DNA from: Albugo candida
Taxonomy: Eukaryota
Direction of reading: 5' to 3'
DNA length: 64,000 nucleotides
NCBI GenBank assembly: GCA_040437565.1
Contig: JBDOQK010000016.1
Location: forward strand, 434,001 to 498,000
The position numbers were made by a program, and so were the translations under genes. Under the pieces are notes generated by a model. The model was not told the DNA's origin. It saw only the letters and a program-made list of their open reading frames with translations, and ran no database searches. This document shows, in pieces, positions 11,315 through 23,600 of the stretch (the stretch's first letter is position 1; each line of letters opens with the position of its first letter).

Positions 11315-12441
11315 TTATTCGCCCTTCTTTTTCTTCTCCTTCTTCTTCTTCTTTTCCTCTTTCTTCCGCTTTTTTCGCTCTTGCTGTAATTCTTCAAAAG
11401 TGGAACGATACGTCTTCAATTTGGAAAAGTACAATTGCTCCAATTCCAAAGCCATTTGATGAACGGGTTCTCCCATTCGATTGAAAGTCGTGGCATTCTT
11501 TACTAATTGTTGCACATCATGAGAGAACTGATCGATTTTATGATACTCGGCCTTTTCGACTTTTTCCTTCATTCGAGTGAGATCCATAGGCTCTTTTACA
11601 TACTCAAAGTATGTAGGGACTCCAAGTCGTTTGCAGTTGTCCCGAGTTATCTTCTACAGAGCGTTCGTCAGACATCACACTTGTGCGCATTGAAATAGCA
11701 AAGAGGTACCTGAATAAACGGGTTACTAGGCTTCCCGTGAACGATCCATTTTGTCCATGTGACGTCGCGTAATTCCAAGATGAGAGGTGCAAGGATCTTT
11801 TGCAACATGGTCGCATCTTCACGTTCTCGTTTACGTCTCTTTTTTTCTTTTTTGTCTTCGTTTTTCCCCTTCACCTTCTCTGACGTACTGGATGCTTTGA
11901 TATCAGAAGTCGCTGCTTGTGACGTAGGAGAACGTACTGTTCCTGTGTTTTTCCCATCTTTCTCTGTGAGTTGATCATTTATGTAATATTTCACGCTATA
12001 TAATCGTGTGAGTTGTACCTTTGGATCGTTGCACAAGCATTCCCGGTTTTGATCCTGCAGGAAGCTGAAACGCGGCGCGAAGGAGATTCTCGGGTAATGG
12101 CTGGATGGGTCGATCGAATGGAACGCCATCCAGTAATCCCACAAGATTACTTTTCACATCCTTTGCACTTGCGGTAACAAAATTGGTGTTATTACCACAC
12201 ACACCGCGTAAGAGGTGATGATATGTTTGCGGGAGCTGAGTCGTATTCATTTTCTCAATATAAGTATCTAACTGATATTCTTGCATCAGATTATTGTAAT
12301 GGATTCCATCATTTTCAACTATTCAAACATAGGTTGAGTGTGATAGGTTCAGTGTTGGCACATAAAGGAAACTTTCTAGCGCTTGCAACGAGCGTGAAGA
12401 AACGTACTGTTCTCTCGTATGAGATAAACGTCTGAAGTCAT
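11315..12441 (-). CDS. Bromodomain protein with N-terminal Mediator Med19-like domain (~308 aa, 4 exons)
   Basis: Exons 12441-12408, 12318-12019, 11963-11710 and 11653-11315 with phase-consistent GT-AG introns. Bromodomain: SNPFIQKITRDNCKRLGVPTYFEYVKEPMDLTRMKEKV...Y...FSHDVQQLVKNATTFN. N-terminus VYLIRE...NNLMQEYQL...IQPLPENLLRAAFQL is Med19-like. Lys-rich tracts present. Confidence 0.8.
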
Positions 12442-12662
12442 TAGAAGCAATTCTCCAATATTATGTAACCCTGCCCTAAACACTCCAAGGGTCAAGTTCG
12501 GAATATCATGTAAGATATTATTGTAAGCACTACTAAAAAACTTGTAAATCGTTGGTTATCACTGTGGTTAATAGTAAACTCATTGAAGGTGCTCGCTTAC
12601 GAAACGTAAGATACGAACTGACAACGAAATTAGAGCTGTAACATTATAATTCTACGTGTTCC

Positions 12663-14953
12663 TTACCCACACTCACACGATCCCGTTCGACGTTGAACAT
12701 ACCGTTGCAGTAATTTTTGACGCATGGAAGCCTGTACACCATCCGTCTTCAGTGGAACTTGATATTTTGCTTGACCTCGAACGGGTTCAATCTTGAAGTC
12801 ACCAAGTAAGTCCGGACAATGTTTTACACCTTCTCCGATATCTTGACAATTTACCAGTAAATCGTAAGCGATTGAAGATGAGACAACGGAATCTTTTTTG
12901 TACTCTGGATGTCCCCTCACAAACCGACGCATCCATGTTGCTATTGTTGGCAATTCGCCAGTCGCTCTTTTGATAATAAGATCCAAGTACTTTAATATAG
13001 TCTGTCGTGTAACATCATCGCATTCGATATAGTCCAAGTACGCGTATATGATTGGGATCAATCCAGTAAAATAGGATCCTTTACCCATCATAATTTCGGC
13101 AATTGTCATAAGTTCGTATCGATCAGGGTCTTCATGGAACGCGCATCGGACATTCTCAGATGCACAATCGCCTACTTCGGGTGGCGCTAAATGACATCGA
13201 AAGTAAAATTTCTCATTCAATACGGCATTGATACGATGAGCGGCTTCCATGTTCTCATTCACTTTGGACAATGGAATGTACAAATTGAGATCAAATGTGA
13301 GAATCACACGCGACAAAAGTGCGACGAAAACGGTGTAAGCTGCATTTTCAAAGTCTGTCAGTTGAATTTCCATAGAGCGAAACTCGGTCCGCCAGCCAAC
13401 ATGAATTTTTGCTGACTGATGTTGCGATGTGTATGGTGGTGGAGGCTTCCAGCGGACTGTTTGCCAGTTTGTTGATTGAATATTTTCGAAATGATCTGTT
13501 TCAGTTGCATTATCCAAATGCAGACGCTGTTTGTAAATGACCAATGGATCGCGATTGAAAAGATGGGAAATATGAAGGGAGAGCAAATGATCCACACCAT
13601 GATCAGTCAGTGTCTGGTACGATTGCTCGTCGTATGGGACTTCGACGTCATTGTACTTAAGTGTCGAAGAATGAGGATCCAAGCCGGACTTATGATTGCA
13701 AATGTATGTCGAGATGCCTTCATACCGAGATTTGGGGAGTCGTTTACAGCCATTGCCAGCCATTTTTGCGTATGCCGCTTGAACTGCTGGATCAGTGGGA
13801 GCAGTGGTTAGACCTAATTCTTGTGGTGTGCGATCATCTACAGCAGCTGAAATGGTTGCCCATCGAACATCCGTGTCTGCTAATCGGCCCTTTAAGATCG
13901 GTGTGGCTGCTGTGAGGGCCAACATAATTGGCGATAAGACACCCAGATGATCATACAAGTGTCGAGATTCGCCAATATTTTTGGCTTGAAAAGTTACTTG
14001 CAGGCAGCACATTCCCATCCCAAAGGCCATGCAATCCATATGTATGAAACCAGGGTATGGCTCAGGAAGAGGATTCTCACAAGATACACGTTTTCCGTCC
14101 ATAGCATTAGAAGCAGCTTTATCGATATCAGTACTCCTATCAAACACGATCTCTGATGATATCGCCGCCTCAGCTGGTTGGTCGGCCTTTTTGGACTCAT
14201 AACTGGGCCGGGATCGCTCAGCATTCCAAATATGATGCTCTTCGATCAACCGAGCTTCTGTGTAGATATCTCTGAATAATGGAACACGAATATCGATCTT
14301 TCGCTTTCGGCGCTTTCGAATGTTCCGCGTGAGTGCCGCAAAGCGAGGATGTGGATTGATGACATCGTCACTCACATACTGAGATAGCGCGATGGGGCCA
14401 TTCGGGGAAGAAGGTGGATCTGTGAAAACCCCAACACCAAGAAGCGGAAATGCAGTGATGGTTGGAGCGATCTCGTCTTCGGCTAAGACTTCCAGGAGAC
14501 GGGCACGGCGAAGACGCATATTTGCTTCGACTTTGCGTAAATCATTGGTAAAACCTCCATACGGAACTTTTGGTGTTCCTTCGATCATCCATGCGCTACA
14601 TTCAAAACACATCACTATACAAGCGTAGTTATCTCGTAGTTAAAAGTGTACCCATATTCTGGCACCCATTGACATCCATCTTCATGTCCAGGCTGATTAT
14701 GTTTGGCTTCTTTTTGCTCGAGTTGCGATAAGAGTTCAGCGGCACGAAGTGAGAGTGTTGCTTTTCTTGTAGCCTTGTCCAAACGGAAGATACCGTATTC
14801 GAGTTCGTCCCCCCATTGAAGCACGTCACCCTCGATACCTTTGACACGATCATAAATATGAAGAAACTGATCGATTCCATTAGCTCGAACATGCTGAAGC
14901 CAGTCTAGAGCTTCTTCCCATTCCATGGGGCTACCATTGACCAGCAGTCCCAT
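12663..14953 (-). CDS. GCLC: Glutamate-cysteine ligase catalytic subunit
   Basis: MGLL start, WGDELEY, PEYGAWMIEGTP (across intron 14596-14651), HMDCMAFGMGMCCLQVTFQA, HFENIQSTNWQ, GWRTEFRSMEIQLTDFENAA. Confidence 0.97.
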
Positions 14954-15153
14954 GATGATTCAGGATCACCAGCGATCAAATAGTGGGNNNNNNNNNNNNN
15001 NNNNNNNNNNNNNNNNNNNNNNNNNNNNNNNNNNNNNNNNNNNNNNNNNNNNNNNNNNNNNNNNNNNNNNNNNNNNNNNNNNNNNNNGACTACAGACCCC
15101 AGACCTTCTCGCTCGTACTTTATGTGTCCCACACTATATACACGAGGATTGCC

Positions 15154-15963
15154 ATGCCACGATATTCAACGCGATATTGGAGTCAGCGCGACCCTTCTTT
15201 GCCTCAAGCAAGCTTACCCAAAATAGCAGTGATTCTGTTGAATTATAAAAATTTTGGTTGGAAAATACCTAGTTATGTCAACGCTCAATCACAACAGGGC
15301 AGTCGTGAGCTATTTTGTCATTTATGGAGCAGCGCGCACGTGACAATCTGTGCGGATGGAGGAGCCAACTGCTTGTACGATGAAGCCACAAAAGTCGAAG
15401 CAGAAAGCATTTTTTTGCCAAAATATATAAAAGGTGACTTAGATTCCCTTCGACCAGCAGTGCGAGCATTCTACGAGCAGCGCGGAAGCGAAATAATACA
15501 AGACCTCGATCAAGATTCGAATGACTTGGATAAATGCTTGAATTTACTATGGGATAAACAAGAAGAAATAAGTTCTGGAATGTTTTCTGTCGTAATTTTT
15601 GGTGGAATGGGTGGGCGCTTTGATCAGGAAATGCAAAATATAAATTGCTTGTTTCGGTATCAATCGAAATTTCAGGAGATTTGTTTGGTATCGGAAAGTA
15701 CTACAGCACGTTTGTTGGTAGCTGGAAGTCATGAGATTGAGCCCAACTTGGAGTATGAGACCGGAGTATGCGGGATCATCCCGCTTGGGGGGCCGTGCCG
15801 GAAGCTGACAACGGAGGGCTTGCAGTGGGACGTGACAGATCGGTATTCAGGATTTGGAGAAATGGTTAGCACCTCCAACCTTATCAAAGAAAAGCGCGTA
15901 TTGATTCAGAATTCGGATCCGGTGATTTGGACCACAGAACTACATGGCACTGAGTATTCCTGA
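15154..15963 (+). CDS. TPK1: Thiamine pyrophosphokinase
   Basis: Motifs ICADGGAN, GDLDS, DQDSNDLDKCL, GGMGGRFDQ, TTEGLQW and VSTSN. First ATG after the gap is at 15154. Confidence 0.95.
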   Translation: MPRYSTRYWSQRDPSLPQASLPKIAVILLNYKNFGWKIPSYVNAQSQQGSRELFCHLWSSAHVTICADGGANCLYDEATKVEAESIFLPKYIKGDLDSLRPAVRAFYEQRGSEIIQDLDQDSNDLDKCLNLLWDKQEEISSGMFSVVIFGGMGGRFDQEMQNINCLFRYQSKFQEICLVSESTTARLLVAGSHEIEPNLEYETGVCGIIPLGGPCRKLTTEGLQWDVTDRYSGFGEMVSTSNLIKEKRVLIQNSDPVIWTTELHGTEYS

Positions 15964-16118
15964 AAGTACTACGACTTTTCGATTTTTTATGCTGTTGCGT
16001 ACTATTCCAATTTCAATTTCTGAGAGCTTATTTCTGTCGCTTTCTCGTGAGTGGCCATGTAGCGTAGTATTGCGCGTTCGAGGCCCATGCATTGCGTACA
16101 GTAAGTCAGATGCCTGTT

Positions 16119-16245
16119 TGGCTGATTTTATTCAGCACGACTAGTTTCAGCACTCTAAACGCTTCGATCGTAGGTGACTGTCACAAAGTCTTGCAACAGA
16201 GAGCAAAATAGTACTGAAACTAGTCTTGCTGAATGATATCAGTCA
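16119..16245. repeat. 36-bp inverted repeat (hairpin or MITE-like)
   Basis: 16119-16154 pairs with 16210-16245: 31 Watson-Crick pairs, 2 G-U, 3 mismatches. Confidence 0.8.
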
Positions 16246-17264
16246 TTTCTGATGTTCACATTGCGAGGTCCAAGTGGCTCTTTGTGTGTTCTCTGCATAG
16301 TGTGGTCACATTGAAAAGGTATTACCGCAAGGAACACTCGTGTGCACATATCGATTGACACATAATATTGGAGTAGGTAACTGGCGATTTATAAGCTTGT
16401 GTGGTATCATTATTTTTTGCAAGCTGATCGCATCAAGCTATGCAAACTGTGTGGGTAGTGTGGGCATACTACATTGATCGCAATTATAAAGTCATAACTT
16501 CGCATCAATTGTGTAAGGCTCAACGAAACTCGAACATCAAATTACCCATAGCATGGAACTTCGTCGACTCGGCCATCTGTGTTCTCTCACGTGGGTATAA
16601 TTCACAGTTGAGTCGAAGCATCCAATTACCAGAAAAGTAGAAACATGCACATCCAAGCTTGCCACAATCAATCGAACTTGATTCTCATTACATACAGTCG
16701 TCACATTCAGAATCAATTGACTACTTACTGAACACCAGTGCCAGCGAAGAGAAAGTAGAATTCAGCATGCAATAAAGACAATGACAAGTGTAAGGGAAAC
16801 ATTGATGCTACACTATGTCGCTGTTCCACATGGAAAAACTTTGATGTTGTTTGAGCTACTAAAAGTCAGCCATACACATTTGGCATCACAAGGATTACAC
16901 TACTATACCATTTTGCCGCTGTTTTGCTACTCCAATGTTATTTCCCGCTGCTCTTTCTTCTTTTCCTATCAAATGGAATAAAAAAAGCTCATTGTGGCAG
17001 AATTTACAAGTGCGCGGCTCAATGCCTTTACATAGGGCATTTTGCTAAATGCACAAATGTAAATGCCCTTTTACATAAATATACAAACAATTGTTCGATA
17101 AGTCATGTGCGCATTTAGTAGGAATTATCTGAATCGTTATGTAGATTTAAATTCTCATGCTGTAATTCCCTAACTTTCATGGAGCAGCAACGTAGTAAGA
17201 GACCCAAAATCATACTGTACAGTTCACAGATACATTATATACTGATACGTATGATATGCACTTT

Positions 17265-17302
17265 CCCTGCCTCCCTGCCTCCATGCCTCCATGCCTCCAT
17301 GC
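17265..17302 (+). repeat. Octamer minisatellite CC[C/A]TGCCT, ~4.7 copies
   Basis: ccctgcct ccctgcct ccatgcct ccatgcct ccatgc. Confidence 0.85.
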
Positions 17303-17562
17303 GCAGTGTGCAGTAAATCCAGGGTATCGGCGTTGCAATTAGACGCGATCCATCAACAGTGCAGCACGAATGCACTGTGACTGTGTTGCTACAAATCACC
17401 GTGACCAACGGAGTATATGCTTGAACTGGCGAGACACACTTTTAGTATCATGTCATCGATGTATAAGCGCTACTTCAATTGACAAAAATAGAGTAGATAC
17501 TGAGATCCGTGCTCTATCGTTCAGTACGCTTTATTCATCGTCTTGAGTGAGTGTACAACGCA

Positions 17563-18162
17563 ATGTTCGCGCGACTATCGTTCATCGGTTTAATTCTCAG
17601 CAGCCATGTCACTGACATGTATGGTTTCAATTTCAAGAATCGTTGTGGATCACGGACGCAAAAAAATGTATTATCGGTAGCGGTAGGAGCGCTTACCAAT
17701 GCATCAGATCCTGATGGTATCGCCTACTGCGTGGCAACTCTGGTCGACGCAACTCACGTTGTAACCGCAACCAGTTGCCCTTTATTGGTAGATGCGAATG
17801 CACTAAATCGGCCAGCGTATTTTGCATACAAGATCACGCAACAAGGGTTACCTTTTTTTGTCAAGGTGAATAAGCTNNNNNNNNNNNNNNNNNNNNNNNN
17901 NNNNNNNNNNNNNNNNNNNNNNNNNNNNNNNNNNNNNNNNNNNNNNNNNNNNNNNNNNNNNNNNNNNNNNNNNNNNCTATTAAGTCAAAATTCCGAATGT
18001 AAGCTTATAAGCAGCTTATGCGAATGTCTACATTTAGACATTTTCGACAATGCAAAATATTTGCGCACCTGCATCATCGATGGCATTCTGTCCACTTGCG
18101 CGCAGTCAGCTCTAGGCCCACTAGCATATGGAAGGCTTCCTTCTCGTCTCCATGGAGCTTAA
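17563..18162 (+). CDS. Putative secreted trypsin-like pseudoprotease (gap inside; 3' end uncertain)
   Basis: Hydrophobic N-terminus MFARLSFIGLILSS. YCVATLVDATHVVTATSC matches the S1 motif C-x-x-TL-x-x-x-x-VLTAAHC with His replaced by Ser. No GDSGG seen. Confidence 0.4.
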   Translation: MFARLSFIGLILSSHVTDMYGFNFKNRCGSRTQKNVLSVAVGALTNASDPDGIAYCVATLVDATHVVTATSCPLLVDANALNRPAYFAYKITQQGLPFFVKVNKXXXXXXXXXXXXXXXXXXXXXXXXXXXXXXXXXXLLSQNSECKLISSLCECLHLDIFDNAKYLRTCIIDGILSTCAQSALGPLAYGRLPSRLHGA

Positions 18163-19514
18163 CAGAGAAAAGGAACTGATTGGGGGGAGCCATTTATGCA
18201 CGTGAGACCTTTGTGGGTACTACTTCAGTACCTTATAGCGGATGTATGTCCGCGAATGACTGATCGCGTTTGGGTTCAATGTGACCATTTGGAGCACTTG
18301 ACACTATTTCCCATGTGATATCATAGAAGCTCTGCATTGCACACTGCCAGAGGTTGAATTCCTGCGCTTGTGGCTTGTGTGGAGGGGTTGTAAATGGAAG
18401 GCGCTGAGATCAAGTGGTCTGGAAATCGGTTTTGTCGTATCGTTATGGATCCCATTACAATACAAATGTTTTGTTTGTGCGCTTGGTCGTCAACATGCGA
18501 TAGCATACGATTGGATTGTCGTATGGGATGTAATTATGCAGCTTCTTATTTTGATCGGATGGATATCGTAACTTTTCATGAGGACGACGAAAAGAACTTG
18601 ACCAAGTCGAGGACGGAATCCATGTCTGTATCGCCTGTGTCATGCCATTGCTATTGATTTTGCTTTTGTGATGCTGAAAAATCGGTGGAGCATTTGGCGT
18701 TTCCACGATCGGCTCGGCTGGTGTAATATTGCACGAAAAGCAATAAAGTAGAAATCATAAAGCATGGATGTTTTGCTGCTGGCTCGATTCGATGGCGGAA
18801 TATTCGTTGCTTTCACTCAAATTTGCCTTTACTTTCGACACTGGTGCCTTTATATACGGTGGGCGACCATCCTGGACGACAGGTACCGAGAACGAATCCA
18901 ACTAGATCGATAAAAAGACGTATTTTGCGAGGCACCAAGATGAGCTCAGTGCTCGGCAATGTCGGGTTGAATTTGACTTTCGTTGTCCGATCTTTTACAC
19001 GACACACTCGATAATTGCTCTTGCCCGATTGAGAACAAGGAAAGTAAGGGTATATAGTAAGGCGAATCTATTCCTCTTGCTTCGGAAGGCTGAACGAAAA
19101 TAATGCGCCTGCCAGAAACTTAGTACCACCTCAGATCCCATGAGAACACCGAATAAAAATACCTGCTGCTTCGATGCTTTTCTTCAGATGTTTGCGTGTA
19201 TAGCAATTGCTGGTTGTTGACTTCAGTATCTCGATATGTTGTCCTCTTTCTAAAACTGCGGACAATCCAATGGTGCAATTCTATCGACAGAGATTCTGGT
19301 TACATCGACGATAGTGAAGTGCAGCCTCTTTTTCCAGCACACGCGCTGAAGATTCGAAATTTGGTACAGTGCTTTGTATTGATAGAAGGAACAATCTCAT
19401 GATGGTCATATCTGCATTTTGAAATAGAGCTACAAAGTGCTGTCAAAGTATTATCAATGAAGCACGAATGAGCATCGATGGATGCTTTTTTGATGATTTG
19501 CTAGTATCATTCCG

Positions 19515-20249
19515 CTACAACTTTGCAAACGTTCCCGGCCAGATGTGATCGCGTCGATCTGGATTTTGAATTCTGTCCAGCTTATTACACGTCAATGTAT
19601 TACAAGAAAAAAATATTGTTTCTGTCTAATTCAAGTAGAGAATTGTATCATCACATACAAGAGAGTTAGAAGAATAAAGACGTACCGAAGGACATTGAAA
19701 ATTGAGAACGTATGGACACTTTCGAACGACATCTTCACATATCGACAGACACGTTCGATGTCTCGCGTTTATGCCTTCCTGACATCTTTCCTTTCCAGAC
19801 GGATTGCGCTCCATGCAAATCGAGTGGTGGTACTCATCGTCAGGCTTGTCAAGTTTAGTACTATTCCCCGCATACCCACACTTTTGGAATTTGATGCTAC
19901 AAATCCAATACTTGTACGCTTCACGGCAGCTTTCACACGAGTGGAGGCTATATTTGAAGCTACATCCAAAACGCAGCAGAACTGTATTGACATTATCATA
20001 GTACATTTTTGCCATCGTATCTGAATCCAATCCATCTTTATCCTCTGAATCAACCACAGCAACGTAATCGATCATTGTGCAAAACGGCAACGAATTTTTC
20101 TTTATTGCGCGACATACAGGTGATTTTGGCTCCTCCCTAAAACGGAAAGCGCTAGTATCACTCGCTATACTCCAAAATATAACCAGAATGAGAATTGTTT
20201 TCCTCAGAAATCGACTTTGAGCGCTCGTAATCGCCGCGCGCTCTTTCAT
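19515..20249 (-). CDS. Secreted cysteine-rich protein of Mid1/FAM155(NALF)/Frizzled-CRD-like type
   Basis: Exons 20249-19686 and 19625-19515. Signal-like TILILVIFWSIASDTSA. Motifs LPFC, CESCREAYKYWICSIKFQKC, CLSICEDVVRKCPYVLNFQCP and TCN. An upstream in-frame ATG at 20312 is an alternative start. Confidence 0.7.
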
Positions 20250-20632
20250 CAAGTTGAAGTTGATAAAAACTGTGAAAATGAATATGTCAGCATACTTGAC
20301 GGTTTTCTTCATTCACGGTACTCGAAGAAAAAATCTCAACGTTTAAGTATTATAATTCAATCCGAAAGGAAATTATAANNNNNNNNNNNNNNNNNNNNNN
20401 NNNNNNNNNNNNNNNNNNNNNNNNNNNNNNNNNNNNNNNNNNNNNNNNNNNNNNNNNNNNNNNNNNNNNNNNNNNNNNAATTCAATCCGAAAGGAAATTA
20501 TAAACAAGAAGAGCATCCACGCGCGTTGTTTCTCGCTTGTCAAAATTCAGCAAACAGCAATTAAATTACCTTATCAGGCAAAATAGGTGATAAGAGTGTT
20601 GATCACTTGATTGAAAAGGGAAAGTTGAACTT

Positions 20633-23600
20633 ATGCAATTCTTAAGGCAACTTACGGACCCCGCGCTCAAACGTTTGTACAAATTTGTGTTAAAGCGACT
20701 TATTGGGCGATATTTGGCGCATGATGAATTGGATTTAGATCAATTAGACGTTCATGTCCGCGCAGGAAAGATCGAATTGTGTGATCTGAAACTCAACGCC
20801 GATGTGCTGAATGCGGAATGGTTTGACATCTGGAATTCTTCGTCGCAAAAAAGTGGAAATAGTGCTCCATTTCGAATTGAAAAAGGATATATCGGGTCTG
20901 TGAGAGTGACAATTTCGTACGCAAAGATTCTGACAGAAAGCTGCAATGTGGAATTCGATGATATTGAATTACTTTTGGTACCCAATAGTGTCAGCTCGTA
21001 TTCTGATCCAAAATGCGATTCGGCTGCTCAATTATCACCTCAGCGAAATAGCTCCGATAAACCCAAAGAGAAGAGTATGGAGAATACCGTGGGAATTAAA
21101 GATCAACGAGATTTGATTTCTCAAGAAGGCCTGGATTTCGTGGCGAGCTGGATTGAGCAAGTGACGTCCAGGATCAAGATCACCGTTTCGAACGTTTGCA
21201 TTCGATTGGAGACCAGGGATTCAAATGGTGAAGTACGATCACGGGACAGAAACGCGTCAGATCATGAACAAGAAGCTGAAAGGAATGAAAGTGTCGCGCT
21301 TGTATGCAGATTGAAATGGGCACAATTCACGGATGAATCGGTGGTGCACAATGGAAGCGTAATACTATCCGAAGAGGATCAGAATGGGGCTCAGGGAGGA
21401 ATCAGATCGCTTACAAGCTCGGTTATTTTTGGTATCACTCAGAAAATTATCAAATTTAGAGGGATCAGCGTTGAGATTGTCAGAGATGATGTCTCTGGTG
21501 AAGAGGGAGGTATCACCAGATGGATCCTATTTCTTAGTGACACTTCACGCCAGGGATATGTGCAGGTCAAATTGGCGCAGCAGGAATTAATGGATGTACC
21601 TAGCATCGACGCCGATATTTTTTTACATTCGAGCAAGATCGTCATTCAGCCGCGCTATTTTAAAGCATTTGAGACTTTGATTGACGCCTTTGATGTCGAA
21701 AGTGCAGATAAAAGCTGCCCAGAAGGTGGATATGTTCATCCGAGCTCACAGAGCTTGTACCATTCTATTTGTGAAGGGCACCCATCTTGGCTTGAAATGA
21801 GAGAGGATGAAAGTCAAAATCGCGGACAAGATAAGAAAAAGTGGAGTCTCTCGACAACGGAATTCGAACGTATCGAAGAAATTCTGATGCAGTATCGTAA
21901 GACAAAAGAAGAACTACAGGTAGCCCAGCGATCTTATCTCAGCGGTCAAAGAAGAAGTGACTCATCTATTGCTAATAGTCATGCAATTTCTGGGGTTTTG
22001 AACGTAGAGAATGTCGAATGTTCTGGTTTATCTGATGTCGAGGAAGATGATTTTTTTGAATGCAATTCTGGCATGGAACAGACAGGAACTTTTGATATGC
22101 GGCAGTCAATATACGCTTCAATGACGGGTGAGGCAGATATGATGAATCCTAGTTGCACACTTACTGGAAAATATAAACGTTCGAAGGACCGACAGGCCCG
22201 GAATCGAGCCAAGTTACATCTGCTGGAATTTGAGATCATCATCTTGTATGAAGACGTTCAAGATGATGACGACGTGGAGAATCCAGAATCCAGTCATGAG
22301 CATACAGGCAATTTCGTGCCGACACATTTAATAGGCCTCGAAAGGCGAGAACGGCTCACGATGACTATGTCGGATGTGCTCTGCTCATCGGTTTTGTATT
22401 CATCACAATCAACCATGAGCGCTACTATCGGGAATTTCGATATTTTTGAGCACGCTGTTCCAAGTCTTGGGATGATCAGTGTTGGGGAGGCGCAACCTCT
22501 TCTAAAGATTCAGATCCTACGACTCTCTGATTCCTTAATGCAAAAGGGTCACGAGGTCCAATCGTCTTCTGCCATCACAATTTCAACCAGGATAGACTAT
22601 GAAACAAGTTCCACGACAAGCAATGGTGCAAATACTATATCATCCATCAATATTCAAGTACGAGCGCAGCCAATTATCGTGGAATGGGACATGTACATTT
22701 TGAATCGCTCCTTCAACCTATTGCAAGCAATAGAGGATCGCTCCAAAAAATCGGTTGTNNNNNNNNNNNNNNNNNNNNNNNNNNNNNNNNNNNNNNNNNN
22801 NNNNNNNNNNNNNNNNNNNNNNNNNNNNNNNNNNNNNNNNNNNNNNNNNNNNNNNNNNCATCGGTTTTGTATTCATCACAATCAACCATGAGCGCTACTA
22901 TCGGGAATTTCGATATTTTTGAGCACGCTGTTCCAAGTCTTGGGATGATCAGTGTTGGGGAGGCGCAACCTCTTCTAAAGATTCAGATCCTACGACTCTC
23001 TGATTCCTTAATGCAAAAGGGTCACGAGGTCCAATCGTCTTCTGCCATCACAATTTCAACCAGGATAGACTATGAAACAAGTTCCACGACAAGCAATGGT
23101 GCAAATACTATATCATCCATCAATATTCAAGTACGAGCGCAGCCAATTATCGTGGAATGGGACACGTACATTTTGAATCGCTCCTTCAACCTATTGCAAG
23201 CAATAGAGGATCGCTCCAAAAAATCGGTTGTAAGAACCGAAGGAAAAGACGTACGATCTGTTATCAGAACACTCGAAATTTCAACTGAAGCTGCCCAATT
23301 TGTTCTCAGATTTCCAATGATTGGAAGTGATGTCATTAGGTACGGGCTATCGTCCACGCGTGGTCTTTGTGAAGATAGAATTGTGATCACATTGAGACAC
23401 CTCGTCATCGCATCTCAAGTCCAGCCAAATGGCGAGAAAGAAGACGCAAAGAGAAGCAGTGAAGCAACACTACACTGGCTATTGGAGTACAAATTTGAAT
23501 TTGATGATGTGCATGTCGAGCTTTGTACCAAAAAAGATGACAACCAGCGTACTGGAGAAGATGTCAACTACACTTTGGTAGACGGGACCAGCGACACTGG

